64,000 bases of DNA, taken from NCBI GenBank assembly GCA_951406725.2, contig OX597814.1, forward strand, positions 76,694,001-76,758,000. The letters are read 5' to 3'. Made by a program: the position numbers and the translations under genes. Below the pieces are notes generated by a model. It saw nothing but the letters and a program-made list of their open reading frames with translations, did not search any database and was not told where the DNA came from. This stretch comes from Octopus vulgaris (taxonomy: Eukaryota). Numbering within the stretch: position 1 is the stretch's first letter; each line of letters starts with the position of its first letter. This document shows positions 23,525-37,099 of the stretch, piece after piece.

Positions 23525-26500
23525 ATATCGAAGTATCTACAGTGATACTGCTCAAGTAAGTAAGGACAGTGTATAACCTACGAATGGTGGATCCAAAGGG
23601 ATGTAATACCCTTTGTAGTGACGCTATCCAACAGTGCGCGCGCGCGCAACGTCATCTTCAGTTCGCGTGTGCGGGGTTGGAGCCTTCTGGAAAGGCAGAG
23701 GGTAAGTGCCCTCTCGCGCATGCGCGAAGACCGGAAGAAGGAAATGATGATGTGGCATTTTAGCTGACAGGAGGCGAAGGAGCGTGAACCTTAACCAAAA
23801 AGCGTCCAGAGACACGTAGCAGTCAGAGAAGGCTTTCGATACCAAAAGGTTGCAGACCGTATTTTCTTCGCTCTCTAAGGACGCCATATATTTGACCAGC
23901 TCTGTTTGCTGCTGAACTTGTAAGATTCTTACAAGCGTTAAAGTTCAGCTTTGCCACATCCAGAAACAAGTGGAACCAAATATACCACCTTATTTCTTAC
24001 TGTTATAAGAAAAATAAAGAGTATATATTTTTACTGTTGCGTTTGTGTTCTTTGACTGGTAGAATCTGGAAATTAAAGAAACGGAAATTGTGAATGCACC
24101 CGAGTTGCACCCCAAAAGTGCAAGAAGCTACTAATTCCCGTTACACCTTCGTCAACTGGATTATTGTCTGCCCCAAATCACACTGCGTCCTTTGCTCAAG
24201 TTGATTTCTCTGATACAGACGTTCAACCTGGCTATTCATTGCACATTATACCACATTTCAATGAAAAGAAGCTATTGTCAATCCCAAAGTGTTTCCAGTC
24301 TGTCAAGCAACGAACAGCCCAGACATTTTTATATGGAGGACTGGAAACAAAGTATACTGAAACGAGTCTTTTGTTTACAAAGATCGTGCAACATGCCAAG
24401 GCATATCAGAAATCTCGGACATGCTTTTTGTAGTGACTGCACCTACCATATCTCGGTTGTAAGTGAAGACAGAATGTCATCAGTCTCTGCATCTGCTTTT
24501 CACTTCCTGGCTGCTTTTACATCTGGTCTAATTACACCTGATTTCAATGTCCTTCGACTCTCTCAGCATCATCGCCGTTCATACCTTCCCTACTTTATAA
24601 ATCTCAACTATTGACGCCAGTGGTAACTGCAATGAGCCTCTTTTACGACAGAGAGATGAACTGTTCAATATCCGAGGTAGGCCTAGCCACTTTCTAATGA
24701 ACACATACTTTTGTTCAATGATTTGAACTCGTGACAGTTCCACCTCGTATACAAAAGTGGCTACGAAAGGCGCGGATACAAGCCGAACTGTAAGCACCAT
24801 ATTTTATATTTACCTTCTAGCTTTAAATTATCAATTGCTGTTAATCTATCCTCGGCTTGTTTCATAATTAGCATCCCACGACTTCTGTCTGACAATGCGT
24901 ATACATGCCCCAAGCTCTTGATAGTTTCTTCCTTGACTGCTTTCTTCAAATGTTTTAAACTTAACTTCTTTTTGCACTCCATTAATAAATGTCAGAGTAC
25001 GTGACTTTTTTTTTTTTTTTTGCTCTGAATCGCATCCTTGACCCTTTCACAAGTTCGTCTAGCTTCAAGAGAGCACTCTGCATAATTTGCTTGTCTGTCG
25101 ATAGAAGTGTCACAGCATCCACGGAGGCCTTCTTAGGTGATTGTAATTGGGCCATTTGTTCCGAAAAGTCTACTGCTTTCAAAATTATCTCCATGACTAA
25201 GATAAACCACGTAACAGATATTGTGCAGCCAGTAGTTATGCCAATCTCTAATCGGTGCCAATTTCCAGCTGTAAACCTCATCTCGAAACTGTCATAATAT
25301 ATCCTCATTAATCTTGTTATTTTCTCTGGAATGTGGAAGTGGGTCCATGGCTCTCATCAGTAATTCGTGTGGTACTGAGCCATATGCATTATCTAGAACA
25401 TGCCATACCACGTTCAGACTTCTCTTGTTCTGTTTGGCATCCTGGATCGCTTTCCAAATCGAAAAACAATGCTCAACGCATCCAGGGATCCCAGGGATTC
25501 TGGCCTTTTGAACAGATTCATCAACACCTCCATTACTCTGTAGATGTGCCACTGTTCTCCTTGAGAGAATTCCCATAAAGATCTTGCCTTCTACATTCAA
25601 TAAAAATACCGGCCTAAACTGTTTTATATTCTCTGCATTGGCCTCCCTCGGCGAGCATATGCCTTCTGCTTTACACAAATCCTCTACTAGAGTCTCTTCA
25701 TGCCACAGCTGTCAGCGCAGGACAAAGAGCTTCTTTCGTAGATGATTGCAATATTCATACACTTTATACAAGACGCCATCACCTCTTGGAGCACTCTTTG
25801 CTCTAGCTTTTTTCTAGAAATCATTCACCTCTTTCTTCCTGATGTCCCCAATTTGAAATTCGATATCAGGTTCCAGCCCATTTATAGATGGCTGTGGCTG
25901 GTTACGGTTTAGATCGCTTCGATGTGAACATCCAATTCTTCTTTTGTGCATGATAAAGTGCCACTCTTCGATTCAGTGAACAGCTTCTTAGTAACCCCGT
26001 AAAAGGTTCTTCAGAAACTGTTCACAAGTCCTTTTGCTTTCCTTTCTTCGATCATATCGGCGGATATGCCGTTGGATATTATGACATTTCCTATTTAAAT
26101 CTTCATACACCTCCGCGAGGCCAAGATTTGCATCTTCCACAGCACATTTCCATTGATTTCTTAGACTGATTTTTTCCCTCCTCAACTGTTTCATTTTCTT
26201 GATTCTCTTGTTTGGTCCACACTTTCCTTTCGCTAATCGGATACTATATTTCAATCCAAATAATTCCTTTTCTGTATCGTATATTGAGCTTGTTAACTTT
26301 CCCAGTTTATCCACTGTATAACCTGTCATTTTATAAAGAGCTTGATATACCCTGTTCTCAAATCCTTTATATCTTCTTTTCTCATTAGCAGCAGACCACA
26401 GAATTTTCGGTTTCCTCCGAGTACTATCTGATGCACCAGTCTCATAACCTGCAGTTTCCTGTCAAGAAGAGTTCTTTGCTGTAGCATTTATCGATCTGCT

Positions 26501-26930
26501 GTGGTTTGAGTCTGGGGATGATTTGCCACGTGTTTTACGTTCAAATTATCCACACTGCTCTGTCCTCTCCTTACAAATCTAGTGAATTTTCAAGCTTCTC
26601 TCGGTTGCACTTCGCTGTTTGAAGGCATAGCTGTATTCATGCCCAAAGTCATTTCAGTGTTAATTGGGTTTGATTGATTTTCGACTCTCTTCTCTCGGTC
26701 AATCATGGCGCTGTCATTCTCATTGGTAGTTGTTACAACATCTTACAGAGGCGAGGAGTGTAAGTCTGCAGCCTCCACTAGTCTTTCCCATTGTCAGCTA
26801 GTCTTTCTGAGCAGTCCCCTTGACTTTCCAAGATGCCTAACAGTCTTTTCATGATGTCAGAAGACCTACCACAAGGTCTAAGATGTTTTGCAAACAACTT
26901 ATACATGCAAGTGCTACTAGTCTAAACCTC
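23525..26930 (-). mobile_element. Degenerate HERO-like (R2-superfamily) non-LTR retrotransposon
   Basis: RT motifs QFRPVFLLNVEGKIF, VQKARIPGIPGCVEH, LDNAYGSVPH, GITTGCTIS, KYKIWCLQFGLYPRL; frameshifted; boundaries approximate. Confidence 0.8.
23614..24145 (+). mobile_element. Solo LTR (532 bp) with 4-bp TSD CCTT
   Basis: TGTAG...TTACA termini; CCTT at 23610-23613 and 24146-24149; AATAAA near 24013; empty site in the paralog near 38060. Confidence 0.85.
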
Positions 26931-27139
26931 TGCATACCGGAAGCCAACAAGTGTATGGGGTCATCAAGAGAGAATGCATGCCGTTTCAGAGCCTACTTCT
27001 CGATGGCATTATTGAGCACTGGCCCCACCTCACTGACATGGGACCCCACTTCCTAGATCAACTGGTTATCAGATATAGCTCAATATTCTTCTAGCCATCG
27101 TTTATCGTCTGTTTTAAATCAAATCAAGATATAATTAAT

Positions 27140-29620
27140 AATACTTATGTGGAGAAGGAAGAAAATATTAGCTCAGTGAATAATATTGATTTGATCTCAC
27201 CTTGGTACATCTCTTATGTTCTTATGATAATTTTTGATTTCTACTCATTACTTGTACATTAGTGTACATTAATATAGTAATTCTGTTATCACTTATCTGG
27301 CAAATTTGGAGATTCCATTACATCACTGAAGAGGATTAATAAGGCTGAAACATCTCTACAGTTGTCGTCCATACATTAGTCATTGAATTAATGTTTTCTT
27401 TACCACGTGTACAACCAATTAATTTTATTTTTTGCCTCACTACATTAAGTATGATGGTAGGAACTTGATTGTTGATTTTTATGTGGATGGTATCCCTAAG
27501 AAATGCAGTTGTATCTAAATTTCTTGGCCTTATCTCTGCTCCATCTTTCCTCAACCAGCCATCAGTTAAGTATGCTTTTCTACTCAGTATGCATTTTATA
27601 TTATAATTCATGAAAAAGAATAACAATGAAATATAATGTGTTTCAATATTCTTAAAGTAGAAATAATTACATTCTGTGGGTTGAATTGTTCTACAAATTC
27701 AGCTTTTTGTGTGAATTCTTGGAATAAGTGCTGTTACAGAATTAGTTGCAGAAAAGGTGCCAATCAACAAAGAATAGAAATACAACTTCTTAGTAACCCC
27801 GTAAAAGGTTCTTCAGAAACTGTTCACAAGTCCTTTTGCTTTCCTTTCTTCGATCATATCGGCGGATATGCCGTTGGATATTATGACATTTCCTATTTAA
27901 ATCTTCATACACCTCCGCGAGGCCAAGATTTGCATCTTCCACAGCACATTTCCATTGATTTCTTAGACTGATTTTTTCCCTCCTCAACTGTTTCATTTTC
28001 TTGATTCTCTTGTTTGGTCCACACTTTCCTTTCGCTAATCGGATACTATATTTCAATCCAAATAATTCCTTTTCTGTATCGTATATTGAGCTTGTTAACT
28101 TTCCCAGTTTATCCACTGTATAACCTGTCATTTTATAAAGAGCTTGATATACCCTGTTCTCAAATTCAAAGTGAATAATTTTTGGGTTCCCCTCTTTATT
28201 TATGGGTACACAAAATAGAGTAATTATCCACAAATTTTTGTTTGTTTTTTTGCCATGGTGTTGGAAAAATTTTAAGTTTTAAACCATCTCAATTTTGTTT
28301 GTGTCCTTTATAATTCTTAAAGTGTCTCCACTCTCATTAGGGGAAGCACTGTACTAAAAACTGTTATAAAGTAACGATTTCTTACATTGCTATGAGATCT
28401 CAAGAGGAGGAGGAGTGAAATTGATGCTTCTGTATTTTGCAAAGGCAATGAGTGATTTCTATTAGTGAAGTAGAAATATTGTGTAAGTTATTGAAGTAGT
28501 TTTCAAGTGAGGTCACAGTCCTTATTAGAAGGTTAATATACTTAATCAGTAAAATTTTAGTATTTGCTAGCAAATGTTATTGAGGGAAAAAAATAAATTC
28601 TTATAACTTCTGGTTAAAAATCTGTCTTCTCACTTTGAATGTTTATTTGACCTACAGGTTTGGAATATGATCTTGTTTTATATTATAGTTATGTTTAAAA
28701 TACCAGTGATTTCTTGCATTAAGTGCAATAAACATCTCGGTTTAGTATGAAAAAGAAAAGCACATTTTTTTTTCCTTTCAAGAATTATTGATCTTACAAA
28801 TTCCTGAAAGATCAATACAGCCAGTGCTTAGATCCATAAAATATATTGTGAATGCCTAAGGTGTCAATCACAAAATAGAAGTACATTCTATTTCTTTCTG
28901 CTATATATGCTCCTGTAAATATTTGTCTTGATATTTTGAAGGAATGATATTTAGTATTGGTTTCCTAATGTGAGATAAATCTCTTCTTGGACATAATACT
29001 GGCCCATCTCAAATAGCATTCATAGTTGCACTGATGCTTGTTTTTAAAAACTAGGTAAATTTAAACTTACCATTTTAAAACTCATGGACCTATGCTACAG
29101 TTATTGTCAAATTCACTTTTGTAGTACTCTTAAGAAAGCATAAACACCATATTTTCTTATCCTGTAAATATGAAACCTGTTGGCTATATAAGTTTTTAAT
29201 CTCTCTTAAAGTAACATTAAACAAATATGAAACAAAAAGAAAAACAACAAAGCAATATATGCTGATATAATCAAATTTAATTATCTAATGAATTAAAACA
29301 AATTTGTCATTGTTTAATTATAATGTAGTTATTCAAGCTGTTTGTTTCTTTTGCAAATTAATGTGCAAGCACTTTATCATTTCATTTTTCTCAATTTCCA
29401 TTTGTTGATGGGAAGAAATTGGCAGGCTGAATGACAAAAATAACAGATTTAGTTTAAATACATAGAATTGCTATAGTTAAAAAGGAAAAGTAACAAATTA
29501 GTGGAAGAGCATCATTAAAGAAGTCTAAATTTTTGGATTCTATGGAAACAAGTGATGAAGTGACAACAAAGAGAAAAATATATTCCCCCAGGTTTTGGCA
29601 TCGAAAGGCTGCTACGAGAT
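27140..29620 (-). mobile_element. Possible highly degenerate Penelope-like element
   Basis: Weak broken-frame resemblance only (e.g. TAFLRDTIHIKINNQVPT). Confidence 0.3.
27786..28165 (-). repeat. 380-bp direct copy of HERO segment 25984-26363
   Basis: Sequence appears identical at offset 1802; the translated ORFs are identical over this segment. Confidence 0.9.
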
Positions 29621-29999
29621 TTTTTTAGGTGCAGGCACGGCTGTGTGGGAAGAAGCTTGCTTCCCAAACACATGGTTCTGGGTTCAGTCCCACTGTGTGG
29701 CACCTTAGGCAGGTGTCTTCTACTTAAGTTTCAGACCAATCAAAGCCTTGTGAATGGATTTGATAGAGGGGAAACTGAAAGAATATTTATCAGAGCTGTT
29801 TGATAAACTCTAGAGAGAAGAGAAATTTAGACAAAACACCAAGATGAAAATTAATAATAATTCAATTTGGACAAGTGTATTAGCTTAGTTTCTCCTGTTC
29901 CCAAACAGTAGATGAATATCTGAAAATTGTAAAACTTTAGCACTATTCCACAGAGAACCACTGTAACCAGAGTTGATCTTTTTTATTAAAACAAAAGTC

Positions 30000-30715
30000 A
30001 AGGCTCTTTGTAAATTTTCAACTTTTTTGTCCTGATCGGGGTGACATGTTGTACCAGAACACCGCTTTCAGCGACGAGACGTGTCCCCTCTGTGTCATGG
30101 CTTGATCGTTCGATGATATCTCTCCACAAACCCATTTCCACTTGGCATGTATGCTGCTCTAAAAAAGCAGTGCACTTTCCACCTGCCAAGCATCACCTTC
30201 AGTGCCTCCGAACAAAATGCTGTGCTGTTGTCCATCAGCAATTCGTCCAGCGGGCCCTGCTCCAAGAATACCCCGTGCCACATAGACCAATATTCAAATA
30301 TGAATGGCGGTATCTGAGTAAACCATCGAGATGCCCTGTAGAAGAGAGAGGGCCTGGCATTGTGGAGGTGGGAGATGAAGTCTGGGTCAAACCAGGCACG
30401 CTGCACAACTCAGTGGAACAGAAGAATAGTGACGGCTGTCAATTCCAAAAACAACATTTCTGTGGATGGGATTCTGCATCATGTTTTGGATGTTCATAGG
30501 ATTGTCGCTTCGTCGGATGATGATTGTGGAAAAGAGAAAGAAAATGAGGTTTCCAGTTTAAGAAGATCACAACGTACAAGGCGCCCACCCGAGTGGCCGA
30601 TCAATAGGGAGTGTGTATCGCAGAAATGTCATAATGTAAAAAGGAGAAACAAGCCTACGGAAAAGACCACGGTAACCTTGGGCAATAATGTCATGCAAAA
30701 AACACATTACAGTAA
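30000..30715. mobile_element. Gypsy integrase and 3' end fragment with internal inversion
   Basis: Minus-strand ELLMDNSTAF..GNGFVERYHRTIK (about 30020-30275) fused to plus-strand HRPIFKYEWR..EVWVKP..NSKNNISVDG. Confidence 0.8.
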
Positions 30716-30719
30716 GTGA

Positions 30720-30945
30720 CTCTCTTTTTTCCTTTTTTTTTTTTTTTGGTTCATAGGATTATGTTCAAGCTGGCTCCGTCATTCACACGTGCCGTCCTTG
30801 CTACATTCACCCATCTTTTTTTTAAAACATTCACTAGACAAAACTTCCCACTCTACTCTCACCTTCTTCTTCAAGTGATACTTGAAGAAGTTGATGAGAG
30901 ATTGACCAGAGAGGAAAATGTTTGTCTCTAGACCTTTCAGATGCA
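30720..30945 (-). mobile_element. L1/Tx1-like LINE 3' end with poly(A) tail
   Basis: LINFFKYHLKKKVRVE matches LINFKSHLRRKVRVE at 62153-62350; T-run at 30733-30747. Confidence 0.55.
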
Positions 30946-31004
30946 AAGGTAAGATAGAGAAATACAAGAACATACATTTCTTTGTGTATATGTACGCTAC
31001 TTAC

Positions 31005-31126
31005 CACGCAGGCTTTATAAGTACATACCACCGTTTCTGGTGCTTGGCAATAGCACGTATTACAATTATCATCAGAAGGGAATGAAGTATTAACATTGTA
31101 CACCTGATCGTTGTAGTGGCAAATTT
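31005..31126 (-). CDS. Gene copy B exon 3: module 2, (E)ICHYNDQVYNVNTSFPSDDNCNTCYCQAPETVVCTYKACV
   Basis: Acceptor tttttcag and donor gtaagt; 122 nt; six Cys retained; 10 of 40 aa differ from copy A. Confidence 0.88.
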
Positions 31127-32088
31127 CTGAAAAAGAAAGAAAATTGATTTTTTTGCCTTTTTTGTTATTATTCTGGCATGAAGTTTAGATGGTAAACTCT
31201 TCACGGGTCTGGTTCAAAACTAAACTACTGTTCTCATTCACAAAATACGCCAAAAAACTTATTGGGAAGTCAAAGAGGATAATTGCCAATCAAGAGATTC
31301 TTTATTTACATATGATTCGATATTCGTCAAACCTCTCTAAATATGTATCGTTGTCAGTAGATGCTTACGAAGTTTCTACTTTAAAGTTACTAGATATCTA
31401 AATATTGAGACGACACCCTTTATGTTGTCAGTTTTGGCGTCGACTACCGTTCGTCCTTTCGAAGCTAGTAAAATAAGGGCAAGAGATCGAGATCCTGATC
31501 CAGTTGGGTAATTTAATGAAAATTTTTCATTACGCATACGTAAAACAATGCACGATATCTGCGGCTATTTTCTCCGGCCCCAGGCGCAACAAATCCAAAT
31601 TCTGATACATTGGAGTATCACAATTTCAATTTCTTATGAAGAAATTGAAATGTGTGTTATAGTAACGCAATCCATGGTTGGTAAATGTTCAAGAAGCTAT
31701 TGAACTCTTATACCAGACTCCGTAAGATTATTAGCATCTGTATCATAGTAGTAAATTTAGGTAAAGGACGTTGTTTGCGTAAAAGCAAGCAACCGTTTTG
31801 GTGAGCGTAGTGCCGTCTTAAGGTGTGAATATACTGGACAGTTGCCCAAGGGCAACATGGGCCGAGGGGCCTAATTCTGTTCTATGTATGTTATTTGCTA
31901 TCGGCGGAATTATGATGTAAGTATGTGCTAAAACCTCTAATAACTTCTTTTATTTTTACGAATTTTTACAAATTTTTTTCGATTCTGTCTTCTGCATAAT
32001 GGAATTGATACGTTTATGCAGGATGTATATAAACTAACTCTATAAAATGTGTGTATGTGTATATTTATATATGTTTCTGTATGCATTT

Positions 32089-32120
<32 letters not shown>

Positions 32121-32791
32121 AAGTTTCAGAAGATATTAGAATAATGGAATAAAAGTCAGTCATAATAAGGGATCTCCCAAAAATCTATTTCCTTAATTTT
32201 TAACTACCGTTTCTGGCACACATATTTACGCAATTTTGATTTTGAAGTACTTAAAAAAATTAGTTGGAAATTATAAAGAGAAACGAATGGTAGATTCAGA
32301 TTGTCCATATTTTAAAGACACGAATGGCAAAAAAGAAAAAAATTGGAGGTTGGGGAGGATTTTAAAAAAAGAACTTTTTTTTTTTGCATACTCGTATCAA
32401 TTCATTATTCATAAGACATAATCGAAAAAAAATTTGGAAAAATTCGTAAAACTAGAAAAAGTTATGAGGAGTTTTAGCACGTGCTTACATAATTCCATCT
32501 TGTTATCAATAAACACAATAGTGCCCAGTGCATCGATTTGCCCAGGGGCCTGTAATACTATTATGTCAATCTTGGGTGAACTCATCACCTTTAACTCTCT
32601 CTCCCTCTATGTATACGTCTTCCCTGTTAACGCCAGGTCTTGCTCTTGTTTGTCCCACTCGTGGTGAAGATTGATATGCTGTAACAGCATTCATAGCTGA
32701 TTATTTTATTACATAATGTATCTAGGACTACATTACCCAACAAATGATTTATACAGCATGAAGTATATGATAAAGACATAAGATTACATAC

Positions 32792-32932
32792 CAATGCTAA
32801 CACAGCCAATCAGTGTACAGGCAACCACATCTTGACCTTGACAAAAACACGTGTTGCAGCCATCAGAGGACGGGAAGCTTGTGTTGACTTGATGTATCTG
32901 TCCATTATAATTGCAGTGTTCACCTTGCGTTG
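32792..32932 (-). CDS. Gene copy B exon 2: module 1, (S)TQGEHCNYNGQIHQVNTSFPSSDGCNTCFCQGQDVVACTLIGCVSI
   Basis: AG/GT boundaries homologous to copy A; 141 nt, phase 1-1; all six Cys retained. Confidence 0.88.
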
Positions 32933-33964
32933 CTAAAAATTGAACGCAAATAAGTTGTTTTATCAAGTTTTTACGGCATATAAACCACTGCACATAAACA
33001 CGCATTCGCCTCATTCTCCTTCATCATCAGTGGCGGCTCGTAGATAAAATTAGTAGGGGTGCAGCAACAGAAAATTTTTAGCCGTTGTTTTAATATTGTG
33101 TAAAAGGAAACAAACATATAAAAAGAAAATTTATTCATAAACTTGATCGGTTCGCGTTTTAGCCACTGCCGAGTAGTGTGTTTAGTTGTTCACTGAACAG
33201 CGCCGTTAATTCCCCCTTGTTTTTCAAAAATCCCTCCTACATCAAAATATGAGGGTAGGGAAATCTGCCCTATTTTTAAAATCCTGGCAGCAACAGGATA
33301 ATAATCTAATTCTACACCTTATCACATTCAAGAATATAAACACGTTTTTAAGCAGAACACAAGTGGAGTCAACAAAAAACACTACCTTTCACCAGTATAC
33401 CAGAGTCAGCACTGTGTGAATGACAGTGCTCTCTCTCCCTAAAGTGCAGCCTCCTATCTCGGACATGTGAGCATGCAAATAGCAGCCAGACACCGCGTCA
33501 CTGGAACTGTGAAGCGTACAGTTCTATATAAGGATTTTTGTAATTTTTTCATAAACTAAGGGATGGCTACTGACATTAAGCTTAAGGATTATATAATGTA
33601 CAAGTATAAACAAAGAATCAAAGCAAAAGGACTCGTTATATTGAATATCGAGTGGAAATAGAGGGTGTTGCAGTTCCATAGTGTGTATACACAAACCGTC
33701 AATGTTTATCATATATATACACATTTCCGGGCCCATCGCCAAGGAGGTGTAGGTAACTGGATGGTACTTAATGCTATTTTTAATGGTATATATGTTATGT
33801 CCTCCGATTAAATAATTTGTGCTCATAACAACTTCGCCAAGTATGCAACATGGAGGTGTTAACATACATTTAACTATCACGAGAAGTAACGTTGTACACA
33901 TACACACACAAACACACGCACGCGCACACACACACACACTCACACGAACACATGTACGTGTGCA

Positions 33965-33995
<31 letters not shown>

Positions 33996-34125
33996 ATGTA
34001 TGTATGTATGTATGTATGTATGTATGTATGTATGTATGTATGCATGTATGTATGTATGTAGGAATATTCGTTTAAATTATGCAAAGTTTCTTGTACGTTT
34101 TAATATTTTACGTATATGTCTAGAC

Positions 34126-34287
34126 GCAGGCGTGGCTGTGTAGTTAGAAGCTTGCTTCTCAACCACATGGTTCCGGGTACAGTCCCACTGCGTCACACCT
34201 TGGGCAAGTGTCTTCTGCTATAGCCTCGGGCCGACCAAAGCCTTGTGAGTAGATTTTGTAGATGGAAATTGAAAGAAGCCCTTCGTA

Positions 34288-34385
<98 letters not shown>

Positions 34386-34440
34386 TGTGTTTGCTCCCCC
34401 GCCATCACTTGACAACAGATGCTTTGGTATTGGTCCCAAC
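34126..34440 (+). mobile_element. tRNA-derived SINE (family 1) with internal (TA)n(TG)n
   Basis: gcaggcgtggctgtg...cagtcccactgcg...ccgaccaaagccttgtgagt. Confidence 0.75.
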
Positions 34441-35075
34441 TGCCACCAGGCAATTGTTTTACCTTCACTGGAAGCGAAGATAATTTCAATAAATCAAGAA
34501 TTTATGTAGCATATTTGTTGTATGAATATATGCCACCAGCCACTCTGCATTATTTCTCTTAGTTCATGTGTTTATTAAATTGTGTGCGCGTGTGTATGTG
34601 TGGGAATTTCATCAAAAAGGGAGTTCAACAAAAGGCATTTTGTTTCTTCAGAAGACACCCCAAGGATTGATTAACAAGAGAAGTTGTTGGTGAATGTAGT
34701 TCATCACAACATGCGGCCGTAATGGAAGCAATCGAGCCGCTCTCATTAAGGTAAAAAATATCTTACATCTAAGATCCTAATGCAGAGCTCAAAGGTGGGG
34801 GTCATTATAAGGAATCTCCGAGCACCTAGTAACAGCTGTTGGACTTACAACACCATTCTTCCTCCGCTTTGATTTTCTCTGTCGCTTGTAGTCTAAGTTA
34901 GATCTATTAATATAAATGTCTTTATAATTATACTTAAATATTCATCGTCTGAAAGTGTCCTCTTTTTGCTTTCTCTCATTTTGCATATATACATATATAC
35001 ATATTTGTATGTCATGCCGAAATTATTATATTTGATATATTTAATTTGCTTATCCGCATACTTGCCTCTATACAC

Positions 35076-35106
<31 letters not shown>

Positions 35107-36327
35107 TGTATGTATGTATGTATGTATGTATGTATGTATGTATGTATGTATGTATGTATGTATGTATGTATGCATGTATGCAAATGTGCGTTTGTACGTC
35201 TTGATTTTGATGACAACAGAATTATCAAACAAATGTTGTGTGACGAACTGTCGGAAGACATTTGACCACAATATAAGCCAAGAAAGCAAGGACTTGGATT
35301 CTTGGAGATTTTAAAACAGGTGTGAGAAGACATATCACGTGACAGGAAAACCTGGAAGTAAAGCGTCTTATACAGAGTGAGCACGTTCCAACGAAATGCA
35401 AACGAGTGGTTACGCAGAAAGTGATCAGCACGAAAAGACAATTCCGTTGACCCTGCAGTTCCTCACACAGTCTGTGAAGTTTCTTACCACATATGTCTCG
35501 TGCAGGCCAGGTGAGTCACCAGAGAAGCCACACAGAAAGACCTGTTATAAACAACAACGACTTCCTGATGATGCTCACATTTCATGTATTGTTTGCAAGA
35601 AAACGTATATAAATCGCTCGGATTTATCTAGACACATTAGAATGCATAAAGAAAATCATTTTGAATTATCCAAAACGTCTAAGAAGTCGGAAGAACTCGT
35701 ATGAATGTTGACTTGAAATAAGTTCTGTAAACAACTACGGGATTCAAGAGCCATTGACGTTCTCACAAAATGTGATGCTATAATACATCTTATATAGTCA
35801 ACCATGGTCATGCTCTTTTAACGAGTCATCGGCCATCATGTATGTATGTATGTATGTGTGTGTATGTATGTATGTATGTATGTATGTATGTATGTATGTA
35901 TGTATGTATGTATGTATGTGTGTATGTATGTATGTATGTGTGTATGTATGTATGTATGTATGTATGTATGTATGTATGTATGTATGTATGTATGTATGTG
36001 TGTATGTATGTATGCATGTATGTATGCATGTATGCATGCATGTATTATGTAAATATATATATGTAGATACACTTTTCCGTATATTTTCCGGCTCTTTGTT
36101 CTGAGTTCAAATCTTATCATCTTTGCCTTTCGTCTTCACGAAGTTGTAAAAAATAAAGTCCCAGTTAGACACTGGGGTTTATGGTATCGTCTGGACTCTT
36201 CCCTTCAAAATAACTTGTGCCTATTTAATTACTGACTCACCTAAAATAAGATTTGAAATGATTCAAAAAATACAACATTGATGGTTAAATAGAGAAATGA
36301 AATATAAGCTAAAAGAGTTTAACTTAC

Positions 36328-36388
36328 ATGGTGCCGAAAGAACGACAGTCAGAACTGTGAGGATGCCGACGAAGATAAACGATTTCAT
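36328..36388 (-). CDS. Gene copy B coding exon 1: signal peptide MKSFIFVGILTVLTVVLSAP
   Basis: 61/61 nt identical to 22805-22865; ATG at 36388; donor gtaagt. Confidence 0.85.
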
Positions 36389-36464
36389 TTTTGCAGGATC
36401 GGAAAACTAACTCATGCGTTTGAAATACCGATGTCTGTTGTAAAAATAAGAAAAGCAGGGCTAC

Positions 36465-36471
36465 TTTTATA
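36465..36471 (-). promoter_or_regulatory. TATA box (TATAAAA) of gene copy B
   Basis: Same position relative to the ATG as in copy A. Confidence 0.65.
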
Positions 36472-37005
36472 TCTTCTGGTATTGTTTAGAATATCTTCTA
36501 GGGTCACATGTTATTTTTGTATTTGTTAGTTTTATTCGATACATGTTTAATACTAACTTAGCCACACCAAAACCAAACACGTTTTTAAAAAATACTTTAT
36601 TTTGAATTTTTATACTTACTTGTATCATTTTATTTTGTTTATGGTTGCTTTATTTTGACTCAGCTCCTTTCGTTTGCTTTTGGATGTTTATCTCGTGTCA
36701 ATTATCTCGAGAAGTTAGAGGAAGAATTTTGAGGGAAGTAACAGAAAGTATAGAAAAGTAGATGATTGGTTAATAAGTTGACAAAGAGAGAGGCAAGTAA
36801 TTTATCAAAGAAAAAGGTGGGGGTTTAATCAACTAAACTAGAAATTGGAAATGCATTCAGAAAATAGGCCAACGTTTACTATTTAATATACCATAGGAAT
36901 TTTTTAGTGAGGACTCTAGGTGATATATATGTATGTATATATATATACACACATATATACGTGTATATACTTACATGTATATGTGTATGTATGTATGTAT
37001 ATATG

Positions 37006-37099
<94 letters not shown>

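Noticed and set aside
27324-27370. CTGAAGA...GAAAC hammerhead-like string
   Set aside because: No pairing for stem II or stem I
35396-35704. C2H2 zinc-finger host gene
   Set aside because: A single finger at the C-terminus of an RTE LINE remnant, lost in the paralogous copy
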